This document shows positions 63,201 through 64,000 of a DNA stretch of 64,000 nt, piece by piece. The notes under the pieces were generated by a model. It saw nothing but the letters and a program-made list of their open reading frames with translations, searched no databases and was not told the origin of the DNA. Source of the DNA: a virus; IMG/VR virus record IMGVR_UViG_3300008259_000011, positions 1 to 64,000 of that record. The stretch is one strand, 5' to 3'. Every line of letters starts with the position of its first letter. Within the stretch, counting starts at the first letter, position 1. A program made the position numbers and the translations under genes.

Positions 63201-64000
63201 GATCAATATCTTCTGCATTTGATGCGTCAGATTGAGAATAGTTAACAGACAAAGATGTACGTTTATCATTAACCTTCAAATTAGTATTTGCTGGTTTGAT
63301 TGTGAACGTATTGTACTTTGGAGTTGTAGTTAAAACAATGTTCTGTACGATTGGAGCGAGTGACGTATTGGTAATCCAAAACGTACTGTTAACTCCGATT
63401 GTATTTGGCAACTGGTCTTGTAGTTTTAACACCAACGTGCCATCCGAGAAGACCTTAAATGACAAAATCTTGATCATCAAGTTTTGTCCAAAATTAATTG
63501 AATTTTTCAACGGACCAACATACTTTTTATCGTACTCTGTTTTAATGTCAATAAAGTACTGTTGAATCTGTTGATTGAAAATCGTATACAAGTAAGAGTA
63601 ACAAATCAATGTGTCATTGTTATCAACATCATGAATATTCTTGAGTCTAATCTTAATTGTCTCAGATACAATCGTATCCAATATTTTTGAATATTGTTCC
63701 GATGTATAACACTCTGCATAATTTTCATACAAGAATGTTTTGATATAATCGGCAATACCAATAAATCGAATATCCTTAGACAAGTTATTGACAGAATTGG
63801 CCGGAATGACGAAACCATTATATATTTCGTTCATCAACTTATACAATCCATCACCGCCGATGACTGCATATGCTTTATCGAATGTGTTTAAAATATCATC
63901 TGGAGTGCTGTTAACAAAATTAAGCAAATAAGTTTGTTTGAGATAATATTCAAAATATGGAATAACATCTCTGGCTTCAATTTTTCCGGTTACATAACAA
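60268..64000 (-). CDS. Very large structural protein (putative baseplate wedge); 5' end lies outside the window
   Basis: The frame stays open from 63927 to the right edge (CYVTGKIEARDVIPYFEYY...). FLSMIGHHFD, ILKAKGTIEGVKLLLACYG. Confidence 0.72.
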   Translation of the reverse strand, partial: CYVTGKIEARDVIPYFEYYLKQTYLLNFVNSTPDDILNTFDKAYAVIGGDGLYKLMNEIYNGFVIPANSVNNLSKDIRFIGIADYIKTFLYENYAECYTSEQYSKILDTIVSETIKIRLKNIHDVDNNDTLICYSYLYTIFNQQIQQYFIDIKTEYDKKYVGPLKNSINFGQNLMIKILSFKVFSDGTLVLKLQDQLPNTIGVNSTFWITNTSLAPIVQNIVLTTTPKYNTFTIKPANTNLKVNDKRTSLSVNYSQSDASNAEDIDLILKQRFSTIDVDYTNFENFVIYSSAKTRIVIYKNKLKSIKIKQSSLDSLNASTYSDQYITDKIELLTKEINDIKLSFDGYEYYLFTNSLYNNVDRFPQSYEDEADEYDRNNRDSLINNLPTYLLSDSNNDDFLIFLSMIGHHFDNIYIYIDKFPMLSYNVTGNDAVIPNKILDGMLSSFGWKMQSSVNDVSLNNNYIAGTNYASIADKTNIINNRILNSLPAILKAKGTIEGVKLLLACYGVPQDIISVREFGAYSDISQSLYTFDRHEYLLNLSPQSYVLTPYTSSIQTVEFKFAFSNNYSKTYAQQNQIDLLRKFPDSSSDYDYRVYAYKESLSNNGRIVFEIGDAELSSDLLPIFDGNVYSVMIRRNDISSLYTGSSNINHIPTKYDLFVEINENGDARLISSKSDIFEYDQNVAFSEGSSKFLRFGSTQFSGSIDKINLWTVPITDDNFKEHANNFDSYYESDYDDIRNNLYLRLAYNYPRQLSTSVETYQYQSKSGTLICYLYNLPTKSIGAETTYSSIENNPDLYDDTLVIRSMYSGSYSTSSLYPYANVCLGVTSSAFPYNFIQYNVNQSYRLSNYGPNLLWNNKISIKDHQPVSALTPFDKSTPFDSDTDSPLVGIFMSPVSSKNEEILRYFGDKNVLSELGDPRQEFSSSYDILEDMRASYYADGSPTASGRILYQEFTSIYKLYFDSSIFESIRNVIAARNILLNGILIEPTILERIKFPTKPIRSEIIEDSVQYSNLIQSCSAANITVWRNDQYQTENSSLYQQYIDKKPISTVPISQSLLINNNFQNFQAGYSYINDVTSDEELWVSSDLYTGTSFGIMYFDILSSSRGTEVSESVPHFTWMLPYSSSVAEYDYNGSIQYYTKVLNKLIVTPKKAYDLYPYELATPFRGSTQNFLGTRHNPIRWDLFKVISDDSVKYGYFVKSKQTVNYTVDECGNPDKSLPVTSTVVTNTSVSTGNNGVLTVQ

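Noticed and set aside
1-64000. Stop-codon reassignment, as seen in some large phages
   Set aside because: Core genes (capsid, portal, terminase, SbcCD) are intact in code 11, and genes abut tightly at TAA/TGA stops.

Overview
This 64 kb, AT-rich window is part of the virion morphogenesis region of a large, distantly T4-related tailed phage, probably a jumbo myovirus. No cellular housekeeping genes, rRNA or tRNA were seen, and the host cannot be assigned from this window. Almost all genes lie on the minus strand in standard code 11. In transcription order (right to left): baseplate-like structural genes (one with PKD+LRR, one with propeller and dockerin-like motifs), a RuvC-like resolvase, a primase, a fused Mre11-Rad50 (SbcD-SbcC) nuclease, a flavodoxin-like protein, terminase, portal, prohead protease, a 990-aa Gly/Pro-rich protein, two inverted genes, scaffold, major capsid protein, a four-gene accessory operon including an Acb1-like 2H phosphodiesterase, neck/tail-completion genes and two fibre proteins. 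These are followed by an ~18 kb array of 12 paralogous LamG-like lectin genes interleaved with small partner genes, and a collagen-like fibre gene that runs off the left edge. Most notable: (1) the modular LamG 'constant chassis + variable insert' array with its small-partner family; (2) a shared N-terminal M-x-K-L-x-x-(L/I)-(L/I)-x-E leader on unrelated proteins, suggesting a set of capsid-packaged, protease-matured cargo proteins; (3) a TA(T/C)TTAT(A/T) late-promoter-like motif, which is the reverse complement of the T4 late promoter and often sits 3-7 nt from the ATG; it also marks a nested in-frame gene. All functional calls come from motif recognition by eye, with no database searches.
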